A stretch of DNA of 64,000 nucleotides from Cenarchaeum sp. (GTDB lineage Archaea > Thermoproteota > Nitrososphaeria > Nitrososphaerales > Nitrosopumilaceae): NCBI GenBank assembly GCA_963692915.1, contig OY843584.1, positions 192,001 through 256,000 of the forward strand, given 5' to 3'. Below the pieces are notes generated by a model. The model worked only from the letters and a program-made list of their open reading frames with translations. It did not search any database and had not been told where the DNA came from. A program made the translations under genes and the position numbers. This document shows, one piece after another, positions 1 through 9,789 of the stretch (position 1 is its first letter; the number at the start of each line of letters is the position of its first letter).

Positions 1-539
1 GCAAGCACGGAGTTTTCCGACGTGGCCTCGGCGAACACGCCAAAGCCCGTGACGCACCGCGACGCGTCGTCGAGGAACACTATGAGGTGCGAGCCCGCAA
101 GTGGCCCGTATTTCATTATGTGCCAGTCCACGTGCCACAGCGCGCCGGAGTGCGCGCGCTCGAACCTGACCCACTTTCGCCTGCGCGACTTCGCCCGCGA
201 CCTCGTGACGAGCCCCTCCGCCAGCATGATGCGGTACACCGACCAGTACGTTATTTTTGAGTTGTTGCCGCGCAGCCCCTCGGCCACGCGCACGACGCCG
301 GCCGGCCGGTCGGCGTGCTCGCCGAGGACCTCGGCCACCTCGCCGTCGGTGACGTCCCTGCGCGGCCTTCCCATCGGCCGCGGCTCCGGCGGCGCGCCGG
401 TGCGCCGGCAGTGCGCGCGAAGCCTGTACGACCACGCCCTGGAGATCCCCAGCTCGCGCGCCACCTCCTCGGCGCTCCGCGTCGCCAGCGTCCTGGCCAC
501 GTACCGGAGCGCCCTGTCGTCAAGCCTCCTGACCGGCAT
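1..539 (-). CDS. IS481-family DDE (rve integrase-core) transposase, 5' part; absent from ORF track because it runs off the edge
   Basis: Manual translation: MPVRRLDDRALRYVARTLATRSAEEVARELGISRAWSYRL (HTH) ... KWVRFERAHSGALWHVDWH ... LIVFLDDASRCVTGF (first catalytic Asp WHxD and DDxSR motifs). Confidence 0.9.
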   Translation of the reverse strand, partial: MPVRRLDDRALRYVARTLATRSAEEVARELGISRAWSYRLRAHCRRTGAPPEPRPMGRPRRDVTDGEVAEVLGEHADRPAGVVRVAEGLRGNNSKITYWSVYRIMLAEGLVTRSRAKSRRRKWVRFERAHSGALWHVDWHIMKYGPLAGSHLIVFLDDASRCVTGFGVFAEATSENSVL

Positions 540-663
540 GGCGCGCCGGCGGCGGAGCCCCCCAAACGTATGTTTCGGCAGCCTGCCGGATCCCGGGGCG
601 CCCCCGGGGCTCCCGGATCTGCGCCCGGCAAGCATTCCTGCCCAGTCTACTACTTTTCGTACA
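1..663 (-). mobile_element. IS481-family insertion sequence, left part (truncated by window edge)
   Basis: Minus strand starts TGTACGAAAAGTAGTAGAC at 663 (5'-TGT end typical of IS481), followed by a transposase ORF from 539. Confidence 0.75.
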
Positions 664-724
664 AGGCATTATCGTCGGCCACGCCCACAACAATTTATAT
701 CATTTTTGTCGCGCACGGCCAGCC

Positions 725-1939
725 ATGGCGCTAGTCATAGACGCACAGGTTGCCGGAATATCCGGAGACATGCTCCTGTGCTCGCTGGTTCACATGGGGG
801 CCGACCCCGCAAGGATAGAGTCTGCGCTCATGCGTGCGGCCTCTGGCCTTCAGGGCGAGGAGGTCAAGGGCATCTCCTTTGAGCGCGTGAGGCGCCATGG
901 GCTCGAGGCGACTGCGCTGCGCGTTGACTCGTCTGGCGCGCCACACTCGCGCGCCGCCTCGGAGCTCGCAGCGCACATTGCGTCCTCGGCCGCATCATGC
1001 AAGATATCCGGACACGCCGCCTCGTTTGCCTCGCAGAGCGTCCAGACTCTCATCGCCGCCGAGTCGGCAGTTCACGGCGTTGGCGCATCGTCGGTTCACC
1101 TCCACGAGGCCGCCGGAGTCGACACGCTCATTGACATACTCGGCACGGCAATTGCGCTCGATGACCTCGGCATCCTCTCCGAGCGCATAACATGCACTCC
1201 CGTGGCAGTCGGCGGGGGACTCTTAGAGTTCTCCCACGGCGTCGCGTCCAACCCCGCCGGCGCGATACTTGAGATATTCCGCCGGCGCGGCATTGAGATC
1301 CGCGGCGGGCCGGCTGACGTGGAGCTCACGACGCCGACTGGCGCTAGCATGCTAGTCAACCTCGCCTCCTCGTGCGAGCGGTTCTACCCACCGCTCTCGC
1401 CGACTGGCATCGGATATGGCGCCGGCAGCGCCGAGCATGACGCGTTTGCAAACGTTCTCAAGGTCGTGCGCGGCACCGAGTCTGCCGCGCTTGCAGCCGA
1501 CACGGTCCGCGTGCTTGAGACCAACCTCGATGACGTCACCGGCGAGCTCCTCGGCCACGTCATCGACGAGCTCATGCGCAAGGGTGCGCATGACGTAACT
1601 GTCTCGCCGGCGGTCACAAAAAAGGGGCGGCCCGCAAGCTTGCTGACTGCAATATGCGACGCGCGCTCGTATGATGACGTGCTGCGCGCGCTAGTCGAGG
1701 AGACCGGAACGCTCGGCGTGCGCGTGCGCGACTCGAACAGGGTTATCGCAAGGAGGGACTCGGCGACTGTCAGGGTCACCGTTGAGGGCAGGCAGTTCGA
1801 TGTGCGCCACAAGGCAGCGCGCGGGGGCATTCCAAAGGTGGAGCACGACGACGTGGCCCGCGTGGCCTCTGAGCTCGGCATGCCGCTGAGGAGAGCCCGC
1901 CGCCTCCTCGATGATGCCGTCTCGGGAGGCCGGCAATGA
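725..1939 (+). CDS. larC: Nickel-pincer cofactor nickel insertase LarC
   Basis: AGISGDML, ESAVHG..VHLHE, ELTTPTGA, GYGAG, LETNLDD, KKGRP and ETGTLGVR motifs. Confidence 0.93.
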   Translation: MALVIDAQVAGISGDMLLCSLVHMGADPARIESALMRAASGLQGEEVKGISFERVRRHGLEATALRVDSSGAPHSRAASELAAHIASSAASCKISGHAASFASQSVQTLIAAESAVHGVGASSVHLHEAAGVDTLIDILGTAIALDDLGILSERITCTPVAVGGGLLEFSHGVASNPAGAILEIFRRRGIEIRGGPADVELTTPTGASMLVNLASSCERFYPPLSPTGIGYGAGSAEHDAFANVLKVVRGTESAALAADTVRVLETNLDDVTGELLGHVIDELMRKGAHDVTVSPAVTKKGRPASLLTAICDARSYDDVLRALVEETGTLGVRVRDSNRVIARRDSATVRVTVEGRQFDVRHKAARGGIPKVEHDDVARVASELGMPLRRARRLLDDAVSGGRQ

Positions 1940-2733
1940 CGCGCATCGCCGCGCTGCGATCGTGGTTTGAGGGCCATGACTGCCCGCTAGTGGCGCTCTC
2001 CGGCGGCGTCGACAGCGCGCTAGTCGCGCACGCGGCCCACTCGGTGACGCCCCGCGCAATCGCGTTCACGGCCGACTATCAGGCACTGCCGCGCGAGGAT
2101 CTCGAGGCGGCGCGCAAGACGTGCGATGAGATTGGCATCGAGCACATGGTCGTGCAGTACGACGAGCTCCTCAACGAGTCCTATGCGACAAACACGCCTG
2201 ACCGCTGCTTTCACTGCCGCACAGAGCTCGGCGAGCGCCTAGTCGAGGCCGCTCGGCGCGTCACTGCCGATGTCATAGTCGACGGGACGCATCTCGATGA
2301 CATGGGCGACTATCGTCCCGGCCTTGAGGCCATGCGCGCTGCCGGCGTGCGCAGCCCGCTCGCCGAGTCTGGACTCACAAAGGACGACGTGCGCGAGTGC
2401 GCGCGCGCCGTCGGGCTCTCGGCATGCGACAGGCCGGCCAACTCGTGCCTCGCCTCGCGAATACCGTGGGGCCGGCGCGTCACCGCCAAAAGGCTCGCGC
2501 GCATAGAGCTTGCCGAGAGGATTGTGCGCCAGGCCACGGGCATTGGCATCGTGCGCGTTCGCGACACGGGTGATGAGACTGCGCGCATCGAGGTTCCGCA
2601 CGACAGCATCGGTGAGCTGCGGCGCTCGATGGACTCGCAGATATCGCCGCGCCTGCGCACACTGGGGTACCTCGAGGTGAGCGTGAGCGAGCGCGGATAC
2701 TCGCAGGGCGGGGCAAACGCGGGGGCGCAATGA
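1936..2733 (+). CDS. larE: ATP-dependent sulfur transferase LarE (PP-loop)
   Basis: SGGVDS PP-loop, RCFHC, DGTHLDD.GDYRPG, CLASRIP; overlaps larC stop (ATGA). Confidence 0.92.
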   Translation: MTRIAALRSWFEGHDCPLVALSGGVDSALVAHAAHSVTPRAIAFTADYQALPREDLEAARKTCDEIGIEHMVVQYDELLNESYATNTPDRCFHCRTELGERLVEAARRVTADVIVDGTHLDDMGDYRPGLEAMRAAGVRSPLAESGLTKDDVRECARAVGLSACDRPANSCLASRIPWGRRVTAKRLARIELAERIVRQATGIGIVRVRDTGDETARIEVPHDSIGELRRSMDSQISPRLRTLGYLEVSVSERGYSQGGANAGAQ

Positions 2734-3887
2734 TCTACCTCGACAATGCCGCATCGACGCCGATCCACGAGATCGTCCTTGAGGCGATGATGCCGCACCT
2801 GAGCGCCGGCTATGGCAACCCGTCATCGATCCACCGCAGCGGGCGCGATGCGGCGCGCGCAATCACTGCGGCGCGCGCACAGGTCGCGGCCCTCATAGGC
2901 GCAGCACCGCACGAGATCATATTCACGTCGGGCGGGACCGAGTCCAACAATATGGCGATACTCGGCCTCGCGCGCGCGCAGCCGCACTCGCATGTGATAA
3001 CGACGCAGATCGAGCACGAGGCGGTTCTTGAGCCGTGCGCGCTCCTCGAGTCAGAAGGCCATGATGTCACGCGCGTGCGTGCCGGCCATGACGGGATCGT
3101 CGATCCGGCCGACGTTGCGTCTGCGATGACCGAGCGCACGTCACTCGTGTCAGTCATGGCGGCCAACAACGAGGTCGGCACGGTTCAGGACATCGCCTCG
3201 ATCGCCTCTGCGTGCGCGCGCCATGGCGTGCCGCTCCACACCGACGCGATCCAGGCCGTCGGCAAGATCCCTGTAAATGTCGCCACGCTCGGCGTCTCGC
3301 TCCTCTCGCTCTCGTCGCACAAGATCAACGGCCCAAAGGGTGCTGGCGCCCTCTATGTGCGCGACGGACTGCGCCCGTCGCCGATCGTGCGCGGCGGCGG
3401 GCAGGAGCGCGGCGTGCGCTCTGGAACCGAGAACGTCGCGGCGATCGTCGGCATGGGTGCGGCATGCGGGCTCGCCTCAAGTCAGATGGGCGATGACGCC
3501 GCGCGCGTGGCTGCCATGCGCGACGCGCTAGTCGCCGGCGTCAGGGCGAGAATACCGCACTCGTCGCTCAACGGCGATGCCGCAAGGCGCCTGCCGGGCA
3601 ACGCGCACTTTGCGTTCCTCGGCATCCAGGGAGAGGACCTGATCATAAAGCTCGACGAGTGCGGCGTCGCAGCATCTACTGGCTCGGCGTGCTCGATACA
3701 CACGCAAAAAGAGTCGCATGTCCTGCGCGCAATGGGCATGGGCAAGGAGTCCATCGACGGCTCGTTGCGCATGACTGTCGGCCCGCAGAACACGCAGGCC
3801 GAGATCGACTCGGCCATAGACGCCCTCGAGTCATGCGTCGCGGATCTCCGCCGTGTCTCGCCGTTCAGGCAAAAGTACGGGTTTTAG
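2730..3887 (+). CDS. iscS: Cysteine desulfurase (IscS/NifS)
   Basis: IYLDNAAST, FTSGGTESNN, SSHKINGPKG (PLP Lys), STGSAC catalytic Cys. Confidence 0.95.
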   Translation: MIYLDNAASTPIHEIVLEAMMPHLSAGYGNPSSIHRSGRDAARAITAARAQVAALIGAAPHEIIFTSGGTESNNMAILGLARAQPHSHVITTQIEHEAVLEPCALLESEGHDVTRVRAGHDGIVDPADVASAMTERTSLVSVMAANNEVGTVQDIASIASACARHGVPLHTDAIQAVGKIPVNVATLGVSLLSLSSHKINGPKGAGALYVRDGLRPSPIVRGGGQERGVRSGTENVAAIVGMGAACGLASSQMGDDAARVAAMRDALVAGVRARIPHSSLNGDAARRLPGNAHFAFLGIQGEDLIIKLDECGVAASTGSACSIHTQKESHVLRAMGMGKESIDGSLRMTVGPQNTQAEIDSAIDALESCVADLRRVSPFRQKYGF

Positions 3888-4708
3888 GCTCGTGCAAAGC
3901 GTGCCGATGCGACTGTTGCTGCGGCAACTGCGACTACGAGCACGGCCATGGCCACTGCGCCAAACTCGGGTATCACGCACGTTCCGATGACCTCTATTCT
4001 CCTCTCACCCTCAAAAAAGTCCACGCTGAACGTGTTGGCCGACTCGCCGCGCTCAATGGTGTATCCGGCCGACTCGTCGACCTGCCTTCCGTCGACCAGG
4101 ACGATAAAGCCCTCGTCGCTGCCCTCGCATCCGGACGACCTTGCATCAAAGTATGACCTGCTAGCCGTGAACGATATGCTCCCGTCAGACATTGGGTTGA
4201 CATAGACTGTGAGGCCCAGTGCCTCGCGACTGATCGCCATGTCGGTGACAGTCCCGCCAGATATCGTGTACGCTATGCTGCCATCCTCGCCGTCGCCAAT
4301 ATCTACTATGGACGTGCCCTCGACAGTCTCCAAACTGTCCGTGACGGGCTCGAGGCTCAGCTCAAATGACTGCCGTGCCGTGACGCCCTCCTTGTATGAC
4401 GCCTGTACGCTGTACTCGCCCTCCTCCCAGACGTCGCCATCGGTGTTGATTATTGTCGCAAACGACCCGTCGCGCGAGACGTCGAGCTGGTCGGCTGCCA
4501 CGAAGTTGCTGCCCCGCTTTACCTGGAGCGTCACGGGTATGTCGCCCACGCGCGGCTCGACGGTGCCTGATATGACGATCTTGTCCCCACGCTCATAGAC
4601 AGAATCTAGCTCGACTACGGTGATAGTTTGGGCTGCTGCCGGAACGGCCATCGAGACGACTGCGATTGCGACTATGATTGCGAGATTTCTCACGCCGGCC
4701 ATGGCCAT
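3884..4708 (-). CDS. PEFG-CTERM surface protein
   Basis: Signal peptide, beta-rich body, C-terminal IPEFG + TM helix + basic tail. Confidence 0.88.
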   Translation of the reverse strand: MAMAGVRNLAIIVAIAVVSMAVPAAAQTITVVELDSVYERGDKIVISGTVEPRVGDIPVTLQVKRGSNFVAADQLDVSRDGSFATIINTDGDVWEEGEYSVQASYKEGVTARQSFELSLEPVTDSLETVEGTSIVDIGDGEDGSIAYTISGGTVTDMAISREALGLTVYVNPMSDGSISFTASRSYFDARSSGCEGSDEGFIVLVDGRQVDESAGYTIERGESANTFSVDFFEGERRIEVIGTCVIPEFGAVAMAVLVVAVAAATVASARFARA

Positions 4709-4720
4709 GCGCGCAACGTC

Positions 4721-5587
4721 CTAGTATTTTGGCATTATGCCGATGCGGCCTCTACTTGAGGCTACAACCACGGCGATCACTGCCAAAACGAGAACCATAG
4801 CGGTGAGGGCGCCAAACTCGGGCACGACGCATGCGCCGATGATCTCCACACTGCTAGCGCCCGCAAAGAGGCTTACTGTGAGGCTGTCGCCAACTGCACT
4901 AGTGTCATCCCACTCTTGGCCGTCGACTAGGACGATATAGCTTGTGTCACCACACGCCATCCTGTTGGGGAATACCGTCAGCGAGCCTGGCTCTGTTGCG
5001 TCAACGTTGAGCAGCAATGCAGTCCCGCCACCCTCGCCGGCATACATTGCCGACGCGCCAGTCACGATCCCGCCGCTCATCGTGTACCTTACACAGTCGG
5101 CTCCGACGCTGAGCTCGCCTGCGGCGCACTCTTGTGACATTGCCTCGGGCTCCATTACGGACTCGTCCCTGACGGGGTTTGTTATTCCGCTTCCTGTGAG
5201 GTCGACATGGGCCTTGTTGCTTGCGCCCTGGCCGACGCCGTACTGGACCTTTATCGTGTAGCGGCCGTCATAGTTCCACAGGATGCCGCCGGTGTTGATC
5301 GTAGTCGCGTACGTGTTCGTCTCGGGCTCGACGTCTATCTGCTGGAGGTTGACACGGTTTCCCTGTGGGCTGATGACGACTAGCGTGACGGGCGTTCCGG
5401 GCTTGTATGTCTTTACTGCCCCGCTGACCTCTATGGTCGAGCTGTGGGTGTACTCTTGGGCGTCGGTACTGATGGTGATTGGTATGATTGCTGGCTCGAG
5501 GATGCCGCTCTGGGCCTGGACAGGATGCGCGCCGATAAGCGAGGCGGCCGCCACTGCCATGACGATGTATGCGGCTCTGCGATCCAT
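4721..5587 (-). CDS. PEFG-CTERM surface protein (paralog of neighbour)
   Basis: Probable start MDRRAAYIV signal peptide; C-terminal VPEFG + TM helix + basic tail. Confidence 0.88.
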   Translation of the reverse strand: MDRRAAYIVMAVAAASLIGAHPVQAQSGILEPAIIPITISTDAQEYTHSSTIEVSGAVKTYKPGTPVTLVVISPQGNRVNLQQIDVEPETNTYATTINTGGILWNYDGRYTIKVQYGVGQGASNKAHVDLTGSGITNPVRDESVMEPEAMSQECAAGELSVGADCVRYTMSGGIVTGASAMYAGEGGGTALLLNVDATEPGSLTVFPNRMACGDTSYIVLVDGQEWDDTSAVGDSLTVSLFAGASSVEIIGACVVPEFGALTAMVLVLAVIAVVVASSRGRIGIMPKY

Positions 5588-5725
5588 CAGGGCAAGCGCC
5601 CACCTGTGGCTATTTATGTATATTTGATTGAGGTGGATTGCGCACACTCGATATGGCCCTGTGATCCGGCGCGCAGACTCCCCTGCGCCAATGGGCGCTA
5701 GTCGAGCCAAAAAGTTAGAGTGTGG

Positions 5726-6301
5726 TCAGATTACCTGCCACGGGCGCGTTGCGAACGTTATCACATAGCCCACGCCGATGATTATCGACTGGTATGCGAT
5801 GTTCGTGTACGGTATGGCCTTTATGATGTGCTCGCCGTCTACTATGACAGTCTGCCCCGGCCCGAGCCCCGGACCCACACTGGCCACGTTGAGCTGCGTG
5901 TGTACGTGGTATGCACCTGGCTCGAGTGCCATTGCGCATATCTCGTACGGCAGTATCTCGTTGCCTGCAAGGTCAAAGACGTTGCCCGGAGGATCCCTTG
6001 AGAGGATCTCCCACCTGTTGCCAGCGTTCGTCGACTCTGCGAATATGGATATCCAGCCACGCAGATCCCTCTCTACGAGGCTGACGAGCTGCCCGCTAAG
6101 GCACAGTGTCTCGCCAGTCGTGAGGGACTGCCTGGTGAACTCCTCGTTGTCTATCTCCACAAAGCGGCTCTGGAGCTGCGCCTGCACGCCATGCGCTTCT
6201 GCGGATGGCAGGGCAAACTCAACCCAGTCAAAGCCAGCCGTGCCAAGCGCTAGTATTGCGCCTAGCCCGACGACGATTGCCTTGTTGCTGTTTGCGTTCA
6301 C
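5726..6301 (-). CDS. amoB: Archaeal ammonia monooxygenase subunit B
   Basis: AHGVQAQLQSRF, STNAGNRWE, YHVHTQLN, GPGLGPGQT, ITFATRPWQVI; GTG start at 6301 gives 191 aa. Confidence 0.97.
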   Translation of the reverse strand: MNANSNKAIVVGLGAILALGTAGFDWVEFALPSAEAHGVQAQLQSRFVEIDNEEFTRQSLTTGETLCLSGQLVSLVERDLRGWISIFAESTNAGNRWEILSRDPPGNVFDLAGNEILPYEICAMALEPGAYHVHTQLNVASVGPGLGPGQTVIVDGEHIIKAIPYTNIAYQSIIIGVGYVITFATRPWQVI

Positions 6302-6326
6302 GGTGCCCCGCGGCCATCGGGGCGCG

Positions 6327-6338
6327 TTATATAGTTTT
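6327..6338 (-). promoter_or_regulatory. BRE/TATA box of amoB
   Basis: AAAACTATATAA on the minus strand about 26 nt upstream of the GTG start. Confidence 0.6.
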
Positions 6339-6878
6339 CCGGCTCTCAGGCCGCTCCTCACGCCTGAGGGATCCCTCACTGACCCCCTGATCGCAGTCCT
6401 CAGGAGCCCAGCGCCTAGTTTGGGCGCCAAACCGGTACCTGAGGGGGCCTCCGGTTCTCCGGCCGGCGAGGTGGTGCGGCATCGTCTCGACGACATTGTC
6501 GATCTTTTCGAGCGAGTTGTCAAAGAGGCCCCTGTCAGCCGAGTCGACGACAAAGGAGACGGCCGGCTCACCGCCAAAGTCGAGGTTGACTATGAGCGAG
6601 CCGGCTCCGCCGCCGCGCCTCCTCTTCATCTCCCTGAGGAGGGCCTTGAGCCTCTCCCACCTCTTGAACCCAAACCACGCAAAGAACTCGTCGCCAAACT
6701 CGACGGGAAGCGCGATGCGCATACGGCTCGTCTCATCGCCGGCCGGCCCGTCGAGCTCGGACTCGGAGAGCTCAAAGACTGCGCCCAGGCACTCGTGGGC
6801 GACTTCGACCTCCCAGGGCGAGATGCCGTAAAACTCGACGATTGCAGTGAGGCTGCCGCCTGCCATCACGCGTCGCAC
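6327..6878 (-). CDS. Hypothetical protein
   Basis: Protein-like ORF (EFYGISPWEVEV, WERLKALLREMKRRRG) codirectional with neighbours; start may be 6866. Confidence 0.75.
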   Translation of the reverse strand: MRRVMAGGSLTAIVEFYGISPWEVEVAHECLGAVFELSESELDGPAGDETSRMRIALPVEFGDEFFAWFGFKRWERLKALLREMKRRRGGGAGSLIVNLDFGGEPAVSFVVDSADRGLFDNSLEKIDNVVETMPHHLAGRRTGGPLRYRFGAQTRRWAPEDCDQGVSEGSLRREERPESRKTI

Positions 6879-6912
6879 ACACGGTGTTTTGTAAAAACCC
6901 TTTGCCGGCCCG

Positions 6913-7875
6913 CTAGGCGCGCAGCGCGTCTAGCATCGCCGTGACGTCAGTTATCGCCCGCCCGCCGGATTCGACTGCCTGCAGGGCTGGCGGGTTTTCT
7001 GCATAGTTGTGTATCTGGTCGCGTATGCGCCCGCTGTATGGCGTGACAGTCTCGTTGCGGTAAAAGACTCCCGTAGGTATGCGCTCGCCCCACTCTAGTG
7101 ACCTTGCGAGGGCCTGGCTGAGCTTTGCGTTGAGCTCGGCGGCGTCGGCAAAGTGGACTATGGGGTCATAGTCGGTGTCCTCTAGCCTGTATATGCGCGA
7201 GTGGCGCTCCCCGCCGTCGCCCTCTAGCCCCTCGCCGGCAAACCAGTCGCGCGTGTTGATGTCATTGTATGTCGGGCATGGCGAGAGGACATCGACGAAC
7301 GCAAGGCCCTCGTGGCTTATTGCGGCCTTTATGATCTCCTTTAGGTGCGCAACGTCATACGAGTATGCGCGCGCGACGAACGTAAAGCCGCTAGTCACGG
7401 CAAGGCCGACGGGGTTTACGTTATAGTTTACGTTTGGCGCGGCAAGTGACTTTGTCTTTGTTCCAAGCTTTAGAGTTGGCGATGCCTGGCCCTTTGTGAG
7501 CCCATAGACGCCATTGTCAAATATGATGTACGCCATGTTGACGTTTCTCCTCCCGGCGGCGACAAAGTGGCCTGCGCCGATGCCGAGGCCGTCGCCGTCA
7601 CCGCCGACTGCGACTATTCTCATGTTTGGGTTTGCGAGCGCTGCGCCCTGCGCAAAGGGCAGGACGCGGCCGTGGAGCGTGTGGATGCCGCTGACGTTGA
7701 CAAAGTGCGCAGTCTTGCCCGAGCAGCCTATTCCGGAGAATATCGCCGCCTCGTGGCGCGCAATGTCCATCTCGGCCAGGGCCATCTGCACGGCATTGAG
7801 TATGCCAAAGTCGCCGCATCCGGGGCACCAGTCGTTGTGGACGTCAGTCTTGTAGTCAGCGAGCCTAGGCGCCAT
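6913..7875 (-). CDS. 2-oxoacid:ferredoxin oxidoreductase beta subunit
   Basis: WCPGCGDF, SGIGCS, HTLHGR, GGDGD TPP motif, YGLTKGQ.SPT. Confidence 0.95.
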   Translation of the reverse strand: MAPRLADYKTDVHNDWCPGCGDFGILNAVQMALAEMDIARHEAAIFSGIGCSGKTAHFVNVSGIHTLHGRVLPFAQGAALANPNMRIVAVGGDGDGLGIGAGHFVAAGRRNVNMAYIIFDNGVYGLTKGQASPTLKLGTKTKSLAAPNVNYNVNPVGLAVTSGFTFVARAYSYDVAHLKEIIKAAISHEGLAFVDVLSPCPTYNDINTRDWFAGEGLEGDGGERHSRIYRLEDTDYDPIVHFADAAELNAKLSQALARSLEWGERIPTGVFYRNETVTPYSGRIRDQIHNYAENPPALQAVESGGRAITDVTAMLDALRA

Positions 7876-9787
7876 AGTCTAGAACCTCCCTTTTTGATGC
7901 CGTGCCGCCGGCAACCCTGCGAAGCGCGCCGGCGACCTCTGTGCTCGTCATCGCGCGTCCCGTGTACTTTAGCACATAGTGATCCGGCTCGCGCCCCATG
8001 TTCTGCCGGAACAGCGCGCCAAGCTGCGCCGTATAGTTTGACTCAATGTCCACTATTGTCGTTGCGCCCTCGAGGAGGTGCCTCACATAGTCGGCCGGAA
8101 ACGGGTGGAGCATCTTTACCTGCACAAACCTGATGCGCGGCCCGCCGCCGGCCTGAACCTCGGCTATCGCGTCAAGTATTGGCCCCTTCGTCGAGCCCCA
8201 CCCAATAACTGCAATGTCGCCATCGCCGTGCAGGACCGCCTGCTCGCCGTCAGGTATGGCGCGCAGCGCGAGGCTCTCCCTAGAGAGCCTCTTGCGCATC
8301 ATCTCTGAGCGCATGACGGGGTCCTCGGTTATGTGGCCCACCTCGTCATGCTCATCACCCGTGCACCAAAACTCGCCGTTCTCGACGCCAAGGCGCGCGC
8401 GCTCTGACACGCCGTCCCCGCCGAGGGCAAACCTGCGATAGTCCCCCTCCATCTTGCCCGTGACAAGCTTGCCGCGGTCTATGGATATCCTGCCGGCATC
8501 AAAGCGCGCACACGTCAGGACGGTGCTTGCCAGGTACTTGTCCATCATGTGTATGACGGGAACCTGGTAAACGTCCGCATAGTTAAAGCAGCGCGCCGTG
8601 TCGTAAAAGCTCTCCTCGACGTCGCCAGACGCATACACGATCCTCGGAAACTCGCCGTGGCCCGCATGGACCGCAAAGAGGAGGTCGTCCTGGCCGTGGC
8701 GCGTCGGCAGTCCGGTCGCCGGACCGCTCCGCTGGTAGAGCGTGATGACTAGGGGAACCTCGTTGATTCCTGCCCAGCCGAGGCACTCGGCCATTAGCGA
8801 AAAGCCGGGTCCGGACGTGCATGTCGAGGATCGCGTGCCGGCGATCGCGCTTCCTATGGCCATGCCTATGGCGCTCAGCTCGTCCTCGCACTGGACCACG
8901 AGCGTCGAGCCGGGCCTGTGCCCGCTGACCTCAAGTGAAGGGTGGGACTCGAGGTAGACGCTCTCATCGGAGGCCGGCGTTATCGGATAGTACGACTGGA
9001 AGCGGCACCCTGCGGCGATCTTGCCGATCGCCGTGCCGTGATATCCCTGCGCGAGAATCGTGCCCTCAGGCGTTGCGCCACACGGTCCGAGGACGGCGCG
9101 CGCGCCGCCGAACTCGGCATCAGCTGACGCGTATGCGCGAGACGCTGCCATCTCGTTGAGCTCGGCTATTGCCGGCTTTGCGGCAAACGCGTGCCGCACG
9201 GCCTCGCGCGTGCGCTCCTCGGGAACGCCGAGGGCCTTCATAGAGAGGGTCGCGCCGATGACGTTGAACATGCGCGTCATGCCGCGCAGCTTTGGGTTGC
9301 CTGCCGACTCGGCAAGTGACGCCAGTATTGACCGGAACGAGACTGCATGCGCTGCGACTCCGGCCTCGCGCGCCGCGCTGACTGCGCCCTCGACTCCGGC
9401 AGCACGGCCTGCGCCCTCGAGTGCGGCCTGCGCGCGCGCCGCATAGTGCTCATCCATCGTGCGAACGTCGTCGATCGACGCCTTTTCCATCGCCGAGTCG
9501 TAGATTATCGTGCCGCCGTCCCGAATGTCCGTATAGTGGCGCAGGAGCGTCTCGGCGTCATATGCGACCATGATATCCGCACCGCTGACATTGGAGTGTA
9601 TCTCCTCACTAGAGACCCTGACGACAAAATAGCTGTGCTCGCCCTTTATGTTGGAATAGAACTCGCGCTTGCCAAACACGTGATACCCCATCGACGCGCA
9701 CGCGCCGGCAAATATTCCGGCTGCTGACTCTACGCCGCTCCCCTGCGGGCCGCCGACTAGCCATGACACGTCAACCCTGTCTCCCAT
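7865..9787 (-). CDS. 2-oxoacid:ferredoxin oxidoreductase alpha subunit (gamma-alpha fusion)
   Basis: GGPQGSGV, YPITPAS, EDE, TSGPGFSLM, QRSGPATGLPT. Confidence 0.95.
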   Translation of the reverse strand: MGDRVDVSWLVGGPQGSGVESAAGIFAGACASMGYHVFGKREFYSNIKGEHSYFVVRVSSEEIHSNVSGADIMVAYDAETLLRHYTDIRDGGTIIYDSAMEKASIDDVRTMDEHYAARAQAALEGAGRAAGVEGAVSAAREAGVAAHAVSFRSILASLAESAGNPKLRGMTRMFNVIGATLSMKALGVPEERTREAVRHAFAAKPAIAELNEMAASRAYASADAEFGGARAVLGPCGATPEGTILAQGYHGTAIGKIAAGCRFQSYYPITPASDESVYLESHPSLEVSGHRPGSTLVVQCEDELSAIGMAIGSAIAGTRSSTCTSGPGFSLMAECLGWAGINEVPLVITLYQRSGPATGLPTRHGQDDLLFAVHAGHGEFPRIVYASGDVEESFYDTARCFNYADVYQVPVIHMMDKYLASTVLTCARFDAGRISIDRGKLVTGKMEGDYRRFALGGDGVSERARLGVENGEFWCTGDEHDEVGHITEDPVMRSEMMRKRLSRESLALRAIPDGEQAVLHGDGDIAVIGWGSTKGPILDAIAEVQAGGGPRIRFVQVKMLHPFPADYVRHLLEGATTIVDIESNYTAQLGALFRQNMGREPDHYVLKYTGRAMTSTEVAGALRRVAGGTASKREVLDYGA

Positions 9788-9789
9788 GC

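Noticed and set aside
22-882. 286-aa plus-strand ORF and the many long antisense ORFs (e.g. 5778-6944, 41948-43423, 60458-62374)
   Set aside because: Shadows of real genes on the opposite strand, expected at high GC.
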